The notes below the pieces were generated by a model. The model was not told the DNA's origin. It ran no database searches and saw only the letters and a list, made by a program, of their open reading frames with translations. Positions 48,979-60,042 of a DNA stretch of 64,000 nt are shown here, one piece after another. The DNA comes from Pseudogymnoascus verrucosus (lineage: Eukaryota), in assembly GCA_001662655.1 (NCBI GenBank), contig KV460206.1. One strand, given 5' to 3'. How positions within the stretch are numbered: position 1 is the first letter of the stretch; every line of letters begins with the position of its first letter. A program made the position numbers and the translations under genes.

Positions 48979-49033
48979 ATTCCGGAACTTCTGACAATCG
49001 CCATGAATTGTGAGATTTAATTCCTCAGAAGAT

Positions 49034-51915
49034 ATGTCAGACGATAGCGCTCGCGAACTCCTAAAGAAGCTTGGAATTTCAATTAAGCGATTCAACACCG
49101 AGGCGCTACCGATACAGCACCGCGAAACTTTCAACCTCATCCGCTCCATTCGACATAGAACCTTGGAGGATTATAGTAAGGACATAGCTTCTTTTCAGGG
49201 CAACGAGCCTTGGAGGGAACAGACTCATGACAGAGTGAAATGGATCGCATGTCGTGCCGCAAACCTGGTTAATCAACGACGCAACGAGGCTGGATGGAGA
49301 TCCTCACTTGAGAACGATGTTTTTCATAGATTCCGGGTAGAGGTGGCTTGGTTAGTATTACATGCTCTCAAAATTATTTTCGGGCGGGTTCTAATTTTGA
49401 GCATAGTCCTACATGCAGAGCGCGAATCTGGAAGTCCGAATTGGAGGCTTACAACGGTTTGCCTTACGCGGAAGCCTGCAAGCTCGACGAGCGTAGAAGC
49501 AGGCGAAAGCAGTGTAAGTGCCCTCTTGAACAACGCCCAAGGGACTCGTAGTAAGTGCAATATGTCATAAAAATGTTACTATCATCAAGTCTCACTGATG
49601 GTTAGCTACGATGTTGGCGAAAATCTACTTTTCGATGACCGGGCCGAGGAATTGATAGTGTATGGACCACTCGTGGAGAAGATACAGCTCCCTAATAAGA
49701 AACCCGATCGGATTTTTGGGCTGAAGAAGACGAAGGCTTTTGCCAAAATTCTCGATGTCGATGGACGAGACGACGAGGAGGATTGTAGATGCAGTCCATT
49801 CAAATACTGCACTGATCCCCTGTTGTTTCCGTTTCTGATAATCGAAGCTAAGCAGGACACGTCTGTCGGCTTCGAAAAAATTGAGACACAAACAGCCCTT
49901 CCTATTTGGGAACTGTTAAGGCTGCAAGACAGTATTCGGGCTGAAGTATCAGGGGAACCACACAGCGCTAGCCCTCTGGTTTGGTTCTTTGCAAATAGAG
50001 GCGACAGCTGGAGAGTATATGGTTGTTATGTCACTCAAACCGAGCCGAAACAATATGTGAGTTATAACATGATCATGGCAATTTTCCTAGTGTCGATGAA
50101 CAAAAAACAGCAATGCTTAACAGAAGCTGCTTTTGCGACAATAAGCTAATACGAAGAAAGGAAATCCTGCAACTCTGGGATGGATGCATCGCGGAGAAAG
50201 ATAACTCGTTACAGCTCCAGTTAATCATCGATTACATCGCCGACTGGGCAAGAGATATCTATCGGCCATCTATTCTGAGGCATCTCAAATCAACCGTCTC
50301 GAAAATTGCTTACGATCAAGTGAGCCTCAGTAACGACAGCGACATATTCTCTCTAGCGAGTGCCTATCACCTCACGAGAACAATTTCCAATTGGATACCG
50401 GAGCCCCCACCGATTATAGACGTAGATGAAACGCCCGAAGGAATGGTGTGTGATCCAGGACCTATACTCCACAAAGACTTTCTGCCAATTCCGATACCCA
50501 ACACCGAGCGTGGCTCGCTGCGATCTGCGTCCCTCTTCGAGTCGAGAATATTTGGGTTGCGCCTAACAAAGCAGAACGTCAAGCACATGCTGGAATTTTC
50601 TATGGGAATTTACAGAGACTATAAAAAAGCTGAGACGATGGCAAGAGACATCTTGAAGTTGTTTTCCAGGAGCGACTGCATCGCGATGCCGGAGACAGAT
50701 CTCGATTTCCTCGAAGAGAGCTGGACAGGCGACGTGAGCGCCGAGGCTAGAGCATCTACATCCTCAAACTCAAGGACATTCTACGTCTTTGTAGAATTCT
50801 CTACGTTCATCACGAATACCTGGGACATCGCGAAAGAAATATCCTATCTAGCAGTGTCAAAGGCGGCATTGGATGAGCTAATCACCGTTGCGGATTTCAA
50901 GAAACGTCCCTCTGGATTGATCTCCATAGCGCTGAGAGCTCGACCATGTTCTCACACAGTGTGGCGCGATGCCATCGAATGTCTTCGCCTTGGCTCTCCA
51001 TGGGAACATTTCTGCGCCGCCATCACTTGCACACAACTCTCTGTTTCCTCCCTTCCTGTACGAATGCGCGCGGACTATACCCCCGATACAGAGGCGCTCA
51101 GCTTTACGTCTACATCTCGCAACCCTCGCACTCATGGTACTTCCCAAACACCGATGCGAAGGATCATCGAAAGATGGCACAAATACAGCCGAAAGCAATC
51201 TACCCCCAAGGTTCAGAGCGTGCCGCGGTTCTCGTGGGAGGTCAATCCTGAGCCTCACCAGCTCAGCTTTATCCGCGATTTGGAGAGGACGCAGGTTACT
51301 TCCGAGCGGCAGGATCACAATATTCAAATATGCAAAAGGTGCCGTTATGTTAGCAACAAATCTGAAGAAGATCACAGATTCACTCCCATAGTTGCGCCAC
51401 CGATCCCGGAATACGGAATGGTCCTTGTGGCGACATTGGATCTCACAACCGCGCCGCCCACCAAACATGATATCTGCCTAATCGCGTTTGACATCATCCC
51501 TGAGATAGCTGGTGGCTCCTCTGCTCTAGCGCTGGTTGTAGATGACCTCCTGCAAAGCGGTTTGATTTTCCATACGATCAGACATCCACTACCACCCCGC
51601 TATGCGAATGAGCTGTCTAGTTGCGATACCATCTGGAACCTGCCTCTCCCCTATCGACCGGTGACTAACAAGCAGCGGTATGATGTTAAGAACTGGTCTC
51701 TTGAGCTGCAGGGACTGGAGCCTGTGGTATGGGTATCGAATGGGACGGGACAGCAGGTGGATTATTGGGATAATCTTCAGCTGTTGTTGCACTTTATGAA
51801 ACAGGGTTTGACGTGGAAAGATGCCCGTGTAAAAGTGGAGGATTTGGTAAAAATATCGAAGAGACGCTCGGGGTTTTATTGGAGTGATGAGTACACACGA
51901 TCGTTACGGAACTGA
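49034..51915 (+). CDS. PD-(D/E)xK nuclease-like fungal protein
   Basis: Exons 49034-49350, 49407-49550, 49606-50056 and 50161-51915. Motifs RRNEAGW, CPTC, KKPDRIFGL...LLFPFLIIEAK...QTA, PLVWFF...GDSWRVY and LQLQLIIDYIADWARDIYR; PD...ExK...Q is the restriction-endonuclease-fold catalytic pattern. Confidence 0.65.
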
Positions 51916-52071
51916 GTTGAGAGAGGGTCATTTGGGCTATGGAAGCAGACAAACGTGGATTTCTTTGATAGTATTATTATAGCCCTAGTTCAATAAGTAG
52001 CCGCTTGCTTCTATTTAGTGAAGCTTCCACCGCCATTACCTCTCGAGGGGATCTCCCCCTCTCCAACCCTC

Positions 52072-53283
52072 TTAGGCAGCGCCCTCCTCCTCCTTTACCT
52101 GTCTCTTCTCCACCATCCTCCCAAACCCCCTCTCCAACCCCACCCTCCCCACCTCCATCCACATCTCCCTCACAAACCTCTCCACCCCTTCCAAATCCCA
52201 CCCCGCATCCCCCTTCACCCCTTTCGGTAGCACAACCCCATAAGTCTCATCCGCCTCCACCACAATCCTCCTCAACCCCTTCACTGCCGCCCCCCTAGTC
52301 CCAAGGGGTAATCCCAACGCCACCACATCCACCGGCACACCATCGCGAATCAACTTACCCACCTCTTCAAGCTGTCTCTCCGCCTCAAATTCCCTCTCTT
52401 GCGCCTCATACAAACCCCTTGCCGGCGGCCACGTCAAGAAAGCCTCCTCCCTCACCTCCTCGCGCGAGGGGACAAGGCGGTCATATTTCCCCTCCCCACC
52501 CACGCGCGGCAGAAACTCCTCTTTCCACCGCACAAAAAGCGGACGTCTAGAATTCCTCCTATTCCGATGTTTCACCTTCTCTTCCTCCTCCTCTCCCTCC
52601 TCCCTCGCCCTCGTAGTAAAAAGCCGACTACTAGCGACGTACTCGAACATGCCCTCCACGCTCTCAAATCGCGTCCAGTACCTCTCCCTCTCTAGACCGA
52701 GGAAATCGAGGATCGCGGAGGGGTTGGAAGTCAGGGGAAGAGTTGAGCCGCGGCGTCGGTGGGCTTCGATGGAGGGGATGCGCAGGGCGAGGGAGGTGGG
52801 TGTTAGGATTAGCCCTGCCTGCCGAAGGGAGGGGCCGAGGAGTGTGAAAAGCCCCGAGTGCGCGTGCGTGAAAGAGAGGAAGTGGAAGGCGGTCGGGGTA
52901 GGGAGGGCGAGGACATCAACTTGAATGAAGCGACTCTGTCCATCCCTTAATTCCAGGGCGTCAGTGGTCTCGGCTGCTTCATCTCTCTCGACAGACGACG
53001 GCCAGGGAATAGCAAAATTAGCTTCCGGATTCTCCGTGCGCGGCAGAATCTTCGCGGCAGCATTGAGGGCGGCGCCGAGGTCTTTGAGAGGTATTCCCGG
53101 GGTGAGCGGGCCGTGGACTAGGATGTCTATGTCCCCGAAGGATGTCTTTTCGGGTGCTTCCAGGGGCGTGCTGATGTGCGTGTAGTACTGGGAGAGGATG
53201 GCGTGGCAGCGGTCGCGGGTGGGGATGTAGATTGAGGGGGGCATGCGGGGGGTGAGTCGGTTGGTGAAGACGTTGCCGCCCAT
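52072..53283 (-). CDS. Uncharacterised Pol-beta-superfamily nucleotidyltransferase-like protein, intronless
   Basis: 403 aa ORF starting MGGNVF, with EKTSFGDIDILV (DxD pair) and FIQVDV (third acidic residue), then LDFLGL and RRPLF in the C-terminal part. Confidence 0.65.
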   Translation of the reverse strand: MGGNVFTNRLTPRMPPSIYIPTRDRCHAILSQYYTHISTPLEAPEKTSFGDIDILVHGPLTPGIPLKDLGAALNAAAKILPRTENPEANFAIPWPSSVERDEAAETTDALELRDGQSRFIQVDVLALPTPTAFHFLSFTHAHSGLFTLLGPSLRQAGLILTPTSLALRIPSIEAHRRRGSTLPLTSNPSAILDFLGLERERYWTRFESVEGMFEYVASSRLFTTRAREEGEEEEEKVKHRNRRNSRRPLFVRWKEEFLPRVGGEGKYDRLVPSREEVREEAFLTWPPARGLYEAQEREFEAERQLEEVGKLIRDGVPVDVVALGLPLGTRGAAVKGLRRIVVEADETYGVVLPKGVKGDAGWDLEGVERFVREMWMEVGRVGLERGFGRMVEKRQVKEEEGAA

Positions 53284-53998
53284 GTCTGTCGTGTCGGGGT
53301 GAGAAGCTTGATGTGGGCTTTGGGCCGCAGGAGGCTTGTTTGCTGGGGGAGTTGGATGGGGTTATGGGTGTGTCATTGAGAGGGACCCCTTGCAGACAGG
53401 TTGACAGACAGGGAATTGGCAGCAGAAATTGGTGGTGTGAGAGTTACGCGCTCAAATCGGTGTTGTGAGTGATGGCTTGGGTAGCTCTTAGCTTCAGCCA
53501 CTGCGCTCACCAATCGAAGGGGAAGACGAAATGAAATGTTGATATTGACTCCACCTTCTGCTGCATCACCAGCGCTGGATTTGAGGGATATCTGTACCTG
53601 AAGCGTACGATGATACCCTGATACCCTTGTGATGTTGGACCTGGACCCGTGTTGGACCCTGATATTGCTGTTGGACTTTGGACCCTTACAGTGATGTGAT
53701 ATGAGTGTGGCGTCGTCGTTTGTATGACGACCGAAGTGGGTAAATGTGAAGATCTGGAGCTCTGTCTGCAGCTCAGCCACACTTCAACCGCTCAGCCTTG
53801 TTGCGCCATGACCACCTGCCCCGCCAAGCCCCGAATAAAATATTGGTGGGGGTGGCCCAAATGAGCATGGTGATGAACGCTTAGAGGGGTTCTAGTAGTC
53901 AGGACTATCGAGACGTGCTCCTTCTGTACATATTATGCGCGTCCTATGCGCCTATTACAGTAATTCATAAACAAGCGCGGCATCATTTACTCCATCAG

Positions 53999-54073
53999 GA
54001 TTTACCTAGGATCTCACCGGGATGCACTGGATTCACTGGGATTGCACTGGGATTCCACTAGGATTCACTAGCA
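53999..54073. repeat. ~10-11 bp minisatellite (GGATT[C/G]CACT[G/A])
   Basis: ggatgcactg gattcactgg gattgcactg ggattccact aggattcact ag. Confidence 0.7.
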
Positions 54074-54383
54074 TCTCATTGGGACTCTTCACTGTCATCT
54101 CACTGGACTGCCAAGTCTCGGGCTGAAGGCTGTGCATGTAATATTGTGGCTCAACCCAGACAATCAGACCGATTAGTCCCCAGCTGTGACGACTGCTCCC
54201 AAGCTCTCCCCCTCCTTCAGCCCCGCTATCCGGGAGCGGTTGGGACACATACAAATATCCTTTGTTTGCATCCCTCCATCAGCCACTCCTCCATCTCTGA
54301 CACTTCCACATCATCACTTGCATCCTGAGAATCACTCTCCATCGAGCTCTCTCCCCCTTCTTCAACATCCCATAAACCGAAAA

Positions 54384-55942
54384 ATGGCATACCAACAACC
54401 CTACGGCGGTGGTCCCCCACCTCCAAACCAATACGGCGCTCCTCCCCCCGGACAGCAGCCTCCATATGGTCAACAGCCCCAATACGGACAACAGCCTCAG
54501 TATGGCGCTCCCCCTCCAGGACAGCCTCAGTATGGCCAGCAACCGCAGTACGGTCAGCAGCCCCAATACGGCGCTCCCCAACAGCCTCCATACGGTCAAC
54601 AACCCCAATACGGCGCTCCTCAAGGCCAACAGCCTCCATACGGCCAGCAGCCACCTTACGGACAACAGCCACAATACGGCCAGCAGCCCGCCTACGGCGC
54701 TCCCCCCCAACAACCGTACGGCGCCCCTCCCCAAGGCCAACAACCCCCCTACGGCGCCCCCCCCCAGCAACAATACGGCGCTCCCCAACAACCATACGGC
54801 GCCCCCGCTGCCCCTTACGGCCAGCCAGCTTATGGCCAGCAGTCATACGGCCCTCCCGACCTCCCCAGCACCGGCTACGTCGTTCCCCCCCCTCCCATCC
54901 AATGGGACGGCACCCCCGACGCCCGCACCCTCCGCAAAGCCATGAAAGGGTTCGGCACCGACGAAAAAACCCTAATCCACGTCCTCGTCTCCAAAGACGC
55001 TTTACAAGTCGATGTTCTCCGCGCTGCATACAAGAAAGAGCACGGTCGCGATTTGATCGCCGATATCGCCAGCGAGTGCGGTGGCAACCTGGAGGAGGTG
55101 CTGTTGGCTATTGTGAGGGGCCCGTTGGCGCAGGATTGTCATGTCCTACGCACGGGGATGGCGGGGCCGGGGACGGATGAGGAGGCGCTGAATGATGTGC
55201 TTTTGGGGAGGAGTAATGCTGATATCGCTGCTATCAAAAACCTCTACACGAAAACCTACCGACGCAACCTGGAAGCAGACCTCAAATCGGAACTGAGCAT
55301 GAAAACCGAGCGCCATTTCCTGATGGTCGTAGCGGGGACGAGAGCAGAGAGTAGTGCGCCCGTGGTGCCGCAGCAGGTGGAGCAGGATGTATTGGAGATT
55401 TACAAGGCGACGGAGGGGAAGACGGGAACGGATGAGCTGCTTGTTTGTCAGATTATGAGTAGCAGGAATGATGCGCAAATTGGGGCGATTGCGGGGTTGT
55501 ATGAGCAGAAGTATCGGAGGAGTTTGGAGACTGTTATTAAGAGTGTGAGTTTTCCCCTTTTCCTTTCCCCCTTTCCCCTTCTCCTTCCCCTCATCCCATC
55601 TCCCCAGACCCTCCTCGATCTACTGGTATCCAATATGTATGTGTACTGACACCCCCACAGGAATTCTCAGGCCACATGTCCCGCGCCCTCCTCCACCAAC
55701 TCCGCACCGGCACCGACCGCGCCCTCCGCGACGCCCTCCTCCTCGAAGACTCCATGGCCGGCATCGGCACCAAAGACCGCCTGTTGCTCAACCGCGCCGT
55801 GCGCGCGCACTGGGATAAGGGACATTTGCAGAGGGTGAAGGCGGCGTATAGGGCGAGGTTTCATAAGGATTTGGGAGCGGCGATTAGGAGTGAGACGAGT
55901 GGGGATTTTGAGAGGGCGTTGTTGGGGGTTATTGGGGAGTAG
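54384..55942 (+). CDS. Fungal annexin with long Gly/Tyr/Pro/Gln-rich N-terminal repeat (annexin A7/A11-like)
   Basis: MAYQQPYGG followed by (YGQQP/YGAPP)n; annexin repeats AMKGFGTDE, MAGPGTDEE, EGKTGTDE and MAGIGTKD. Intron 55545-55660. Confidence 0.93.
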
Positions 55943-56206
55943 GTGGAGTAGGTGCGTGTGAGGGAAAGGGGTGGGTGGAAGGGGGCAGGGGGGTGTACTG
56001 CTGCGTTTTGATAATTGTTGCTGCAATTGCTTTGGCGGAAATCTGTTTGAAGGCCCGGATAAGGGGGTATAGTAATCGACCAATCGATGATGATAGTTTC
56101 AAGATGTTTATATTTTATACGCCGTCCCCGCGGCTTTAAATCGCTATTATCTACACGTTACATATATGTATGGTATAAATCCAATATGTCCCCTAAACAA
56201 ACCCCC

Positions 56207-58271
56207 TTACTCGGACCTCGGCGACTCGATAATACCGGAATCAGCTACCCTCCTCCTCTCATTCTCCTTCTCTGCTGCTCCCATGTCTGCTAGGCCGTAC
56301 CAGGTTATGAACCCGAGGCCTAGGAGTGCGGATATGATGCTGAATGTCATTGCTACTATACCCCTTGGCGTGAATCTGCGAAGCATTAGTCGGATCCTCA
56401 CACTCGATAAATAGGGGGAAAAAAACAAGGAAACAAGCACATACCCATCAGGCAACGGCCCCGGCGGTTTATTCTCCCCCGTCAAATCCAGCAAATCCTC
56501 CGTATTCCCCGCCGCATTCCCCTTCGTCCCCGTCCCAGCAGACTTACACGCCTCATAATGATCCTCAGGAATACTGATCGTCTTCTGCATCTCCAGCGGC
56601 GCCTCCACCATCGTCGCAATCAGCCCAGAATCAACATGCCACTCGATATGGCAATGGAACAACCACACTCCTGGATTATCCGCTTTGAACCTCAACACCA
56701 TGTTTCCGTTCGGCCTGACCATCAACGTGTCCCTGCGCATCGGCGTCTTGGAGAAATCGGTATCCCGCGTGGCGTCGAAGGGACCGGCTTCCTCGGCGCT
56801 GCGCCAGATGGCTTGGAAGGCGTGGCCGTGCAGGTGGAAGGGGTGCTTGCCGGGGTCGTTGTTGTTGATGACGATGTCGACGATTTGGTTGTGGGAGAGC
56901 ACGAAGGGGTGCGTGTATTGGCCGTAGATGGCGGGGTTGGTGGCGGTGAGGCCGCTGGTGAGGGCCGTGTAGAGGGTGGGTACTTTGGCGGGCTTGTAGG
57001 TTATGTTGTTGAAGAAGGCGCTGGGAGGGGGGTTAGCATGGGGGGTTGGTGAGGGGGGAGGGGGGGTAGGGCGAGAGGGAAAGGGGGAGGGGAAGGGGGT
57101 GCTTACTAGTTTGCTCCGTCGGCGAGGTTGTCCATCATTACTTCGAGGGTGATGGTTTGGTCTGCGTCTCCTAGGAGGGGCTCCTTGTCGTGGGGAACGA
57201 GGTCGAAATCGTCAATGTCTGTGAACTCATCGATGAGCTTTGGCTCTGGAAGAGGCTTGCTATTGTCATAGACGAGCCATCCTGTAACATTGTAGTTCAA
57301 GGTATCGGGGAATTTGTCGAATAGATCCTTGGTCTGTCAGTACGTGCATAGCTCAACTAGAAAGGACTACTCACTGTATCCATACTTCCAACAAATGCAT
57401 AATTGGCAGTAGTCTCGTTCTTGGCCGTCACGAGGAAACTGTATCTCTGAGCCGCGGTCAAATATATCATGTCTGCCTCGTATGGGTCGGTGTAAATGCC
57501 ATCCACCTCGACAATCTTCATCGTGTGACCTTCAAACCAGACACGCTGCCCTGCAAAAGCGCCCATGTTCACCATGCGGAAGAGGTAGGTCTTGCCGGCC
57601 TCAATTTTGACCTGCAGGTCTTGCGTGTCATTCAACAGTGCTGAGTTAGGCACTGGCTCAGCACCTGTGGGGTTGGCCTTGTTCAGGAATTTTGGGATGA
57701 GGTCCGTCATTTGGTCATGGTACCAGTCTGAGACTGAGACGACAATCTCCTCATCATACATGTCCTTGAAAGGAGACTTGGGGTCAGAGATGATGAGAGG
57801 AGCACGGATTCCGTCAGGGTACTGGCCGCGGAAATGCGAGTGATACCAATAGGTACCCGGTTGGTCAATCTGCATAATATTTAGTAATCGGGAACATGAT
57901 AGCTGGAAATCTCATACCGTAAAGTTGTATTTGAAGGTAGCTCCCGGCACAATACCGCACTGAGTGACCTCAATAGCGCCATCCATCTCCGTGGTTCCAT
58001 TCATAAACAGGCCATGGAAATGGAGCGAGGTAGTCGCATTACCCAAGCCATTCTCGAGGTTCACGATGACGGTATCGCCAACGTCTGCGTTGATAGTTGG
58101 CGGTGGCCACGCATTGTTGATTCCGATTGTTGCGCGCTCGAAAAGTCCGTCTGGGTTTGCTCTCACCCAGGTGACGTTGAAGTCGTAGGTCACGACCTTG
58201 GCGTCGGCGAGGAGGGAGAATATGGCGAGGGAGAGGGAGAGGATGTAGAGGAAGGGGTGGGAGGGAGCCAT
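56207..58271 (-). CDS. FET3: Multicopper ferroxidase for high-affinity iron uptake
   Basis: Signal peptide; Cu motifs [19 protein letters not shown] and [20 protein letters not shown]-terminal TM helix. Introns 57870-57917, 57328-57374, 57021-57106 and 56376-56444. Head-to-head with FTR1. Confidence 0.95.
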
Positions 58272-58484
58272 TGCGAGGTTGTGTTCTCGACAATAAGAGA
58301 ATATTTTCACAACGGCATGGGTGATGGAGGGGAAGATACGGGTAATTTGGAGAGGGAGAGGGAGGGACAGGGAGGCTCAAGTAGAGTATGAAGATGGTCG
58401 GGTGAGGGTAGGAGAGGGAGAGGGAGAGGGAGAGGGAGGAATGTGTGAGTGATAGAGAGAGAGCCTTGGGGAATAAAAACTTTG

Positions 58485-59807
58485 ATCTGATAACCAACAG
58501 AGGCCGGGGTGGGTAGGTCAGAGAGGGGTGTGGGTGCGGGTGAGGGTGTGGGTGTGGGTGTGGGAGCAGGGGTAGGTGTGAAACGTAAGGAAATGGATCA
58601 GGCCAAGGTTATCAGATGGCGGGCGCATGCAGTAGAGACGGCAAGTGTTAGCGAAGAGAGTTCTGCGGTAGAAGTAGGTGTGCATGTAGAGGAGGCGAGT
58701 ATGTGCATGTGCACGTGGGGTGTATGTTCTGTTCTCGTATACGTATAAACGTGCAGTAATGATTTCGGCTGGGGGATTGAGAGGCGGGAGGGGGGAGAGG
58801 GGTGGGAGGAGTGAGAGGGGGTGGGAAGGGAGCGGATGAGCTCAATTGGTGTGGCATCCCTTCTAGAACCCTTCCGACTCCCCTATCCAGCACGTTTTCC
58901 GGCGTCTTCCCCCGTAATTTTGTAGTGATTCTTCTAGTGAGCGATTATTGCCAAAGGCCGGTGTTCGGTCGGGGGTGGAGCTGCTGAATCAATAGAACCG
59001 ACCGACAAAAACATTTTCTCCGCGGGGGGACTGGGGGGACTGGCTTGGGTACTTACTTGGCCATGCTTAGCCGTGCTTGTCACCGATCACCGACTTGAAG
59101 CTTTTTCAGCAGGAGCATCAATTCTAAAAGTGGGGGCGCAGTGGAGTAACAGTGGATTCAACCAGGTTAGACCAGGTTGAACCAGCTTATCAGATTCTGC
59201 CAAAGCACACTAACGGGACAGGAGTGGTGTTGTTAGCCAATCATCTACATACCAGCTGCGGGTACCCCCAAGCAAATTGACAGATCTGATAAGACAATCT
59301 AACTGGATGCACACACACTACCCAACGAATTCCCCTAAGCCCCCAAAGCAAAGTCCCCTCCAGTCCCTCCAATCCCCTCCAGTCCCTCTTCCCCCCCAAC
59401 CAGTTAGAACTCGGGACTCGGCATGCATACTCCGGCTTTTCCCTTCCCTTCACCCACCACTCGTTATTTCCCTCTCCAGCCATTTCAGCCATTCCAGCCT
59501 TTTCGACTCTCTCCCACGTACTGTTTACGTCTTTCTCTCACTCTTCGGCCACACGGCATACATCATACACCGCAAAATGAGTAATCACACGATCACCCCC
59601 ATCCACTATGATCACTCCACCCACAAGTAGCTAGCCAGCCCTTTCTTCACAAGGACACCCCCAACTCCCACCCTTCCTGCCGATCTACATACCGATTGGT
59701 TTCCCTCCCCCTCGGGCTTTTTTTTTTCAGTTATCTGATCCGCTACCCACCCGCTACACCCACCCCACCCCACCCCTCCTCCTCCCGTTCTTCGGCTTTT
59801 ATCAGAT
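58485..59807. promoter_or_regulatory. Six SreA/Sre1 (iron-sensing GATA repressor) sites ATCWGATAA in the bidirectional FET3/FTR1 promoter
   Basis: ATCTGATAA 58485-58493; TTATCAGAT 58609-58617; TTATCAGAT 59187-59195; ATCTGATAA 59284-59292; TTATCTGAT 59731-59739; TTATCAGAT 59799-59807. Confidence 0.85.
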
Positions 59808-60042
59808 CATGCAGCTGCAGCTGTTGTGTCAGACCCCGGGACCATAGCCTAGTACTATTTTGACAACCCTCCTTACCTCACCTCTCCCTCCCTCTCGCTT
59901 CCTTTTTTCCCTCCTACACCCCACGTCCCTCTTCCCATAAACCTCTCTCTCTCCCACCTCTCCCTCTCTCTCGCGCATCTCTACCACCCAACCCCCCCCT
60001 CTCTGCCTCAAGGCTTCACCACCCCCCCATCCCCCGCCAACA

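Noticed and set aside
54186..54383. N-terminal extensions from GTG/TTG starts in the ORF track (also 31471 and 3943) and from upstream ATGs (42391, 58310)
   Set aside because: These arise from the longest-ORF/bacterial start rule. Downstream ATGs match the family N-termini, signal peptides or Kozak context.
54384..54860. Q/P/Y/G repeat as a novel prion or amyloid signalling domain
   Set aside because: This is the known GYP-rich N-terminal tail of annexin A7/A11-like proteins, and the high proline content disfavours amyloid.
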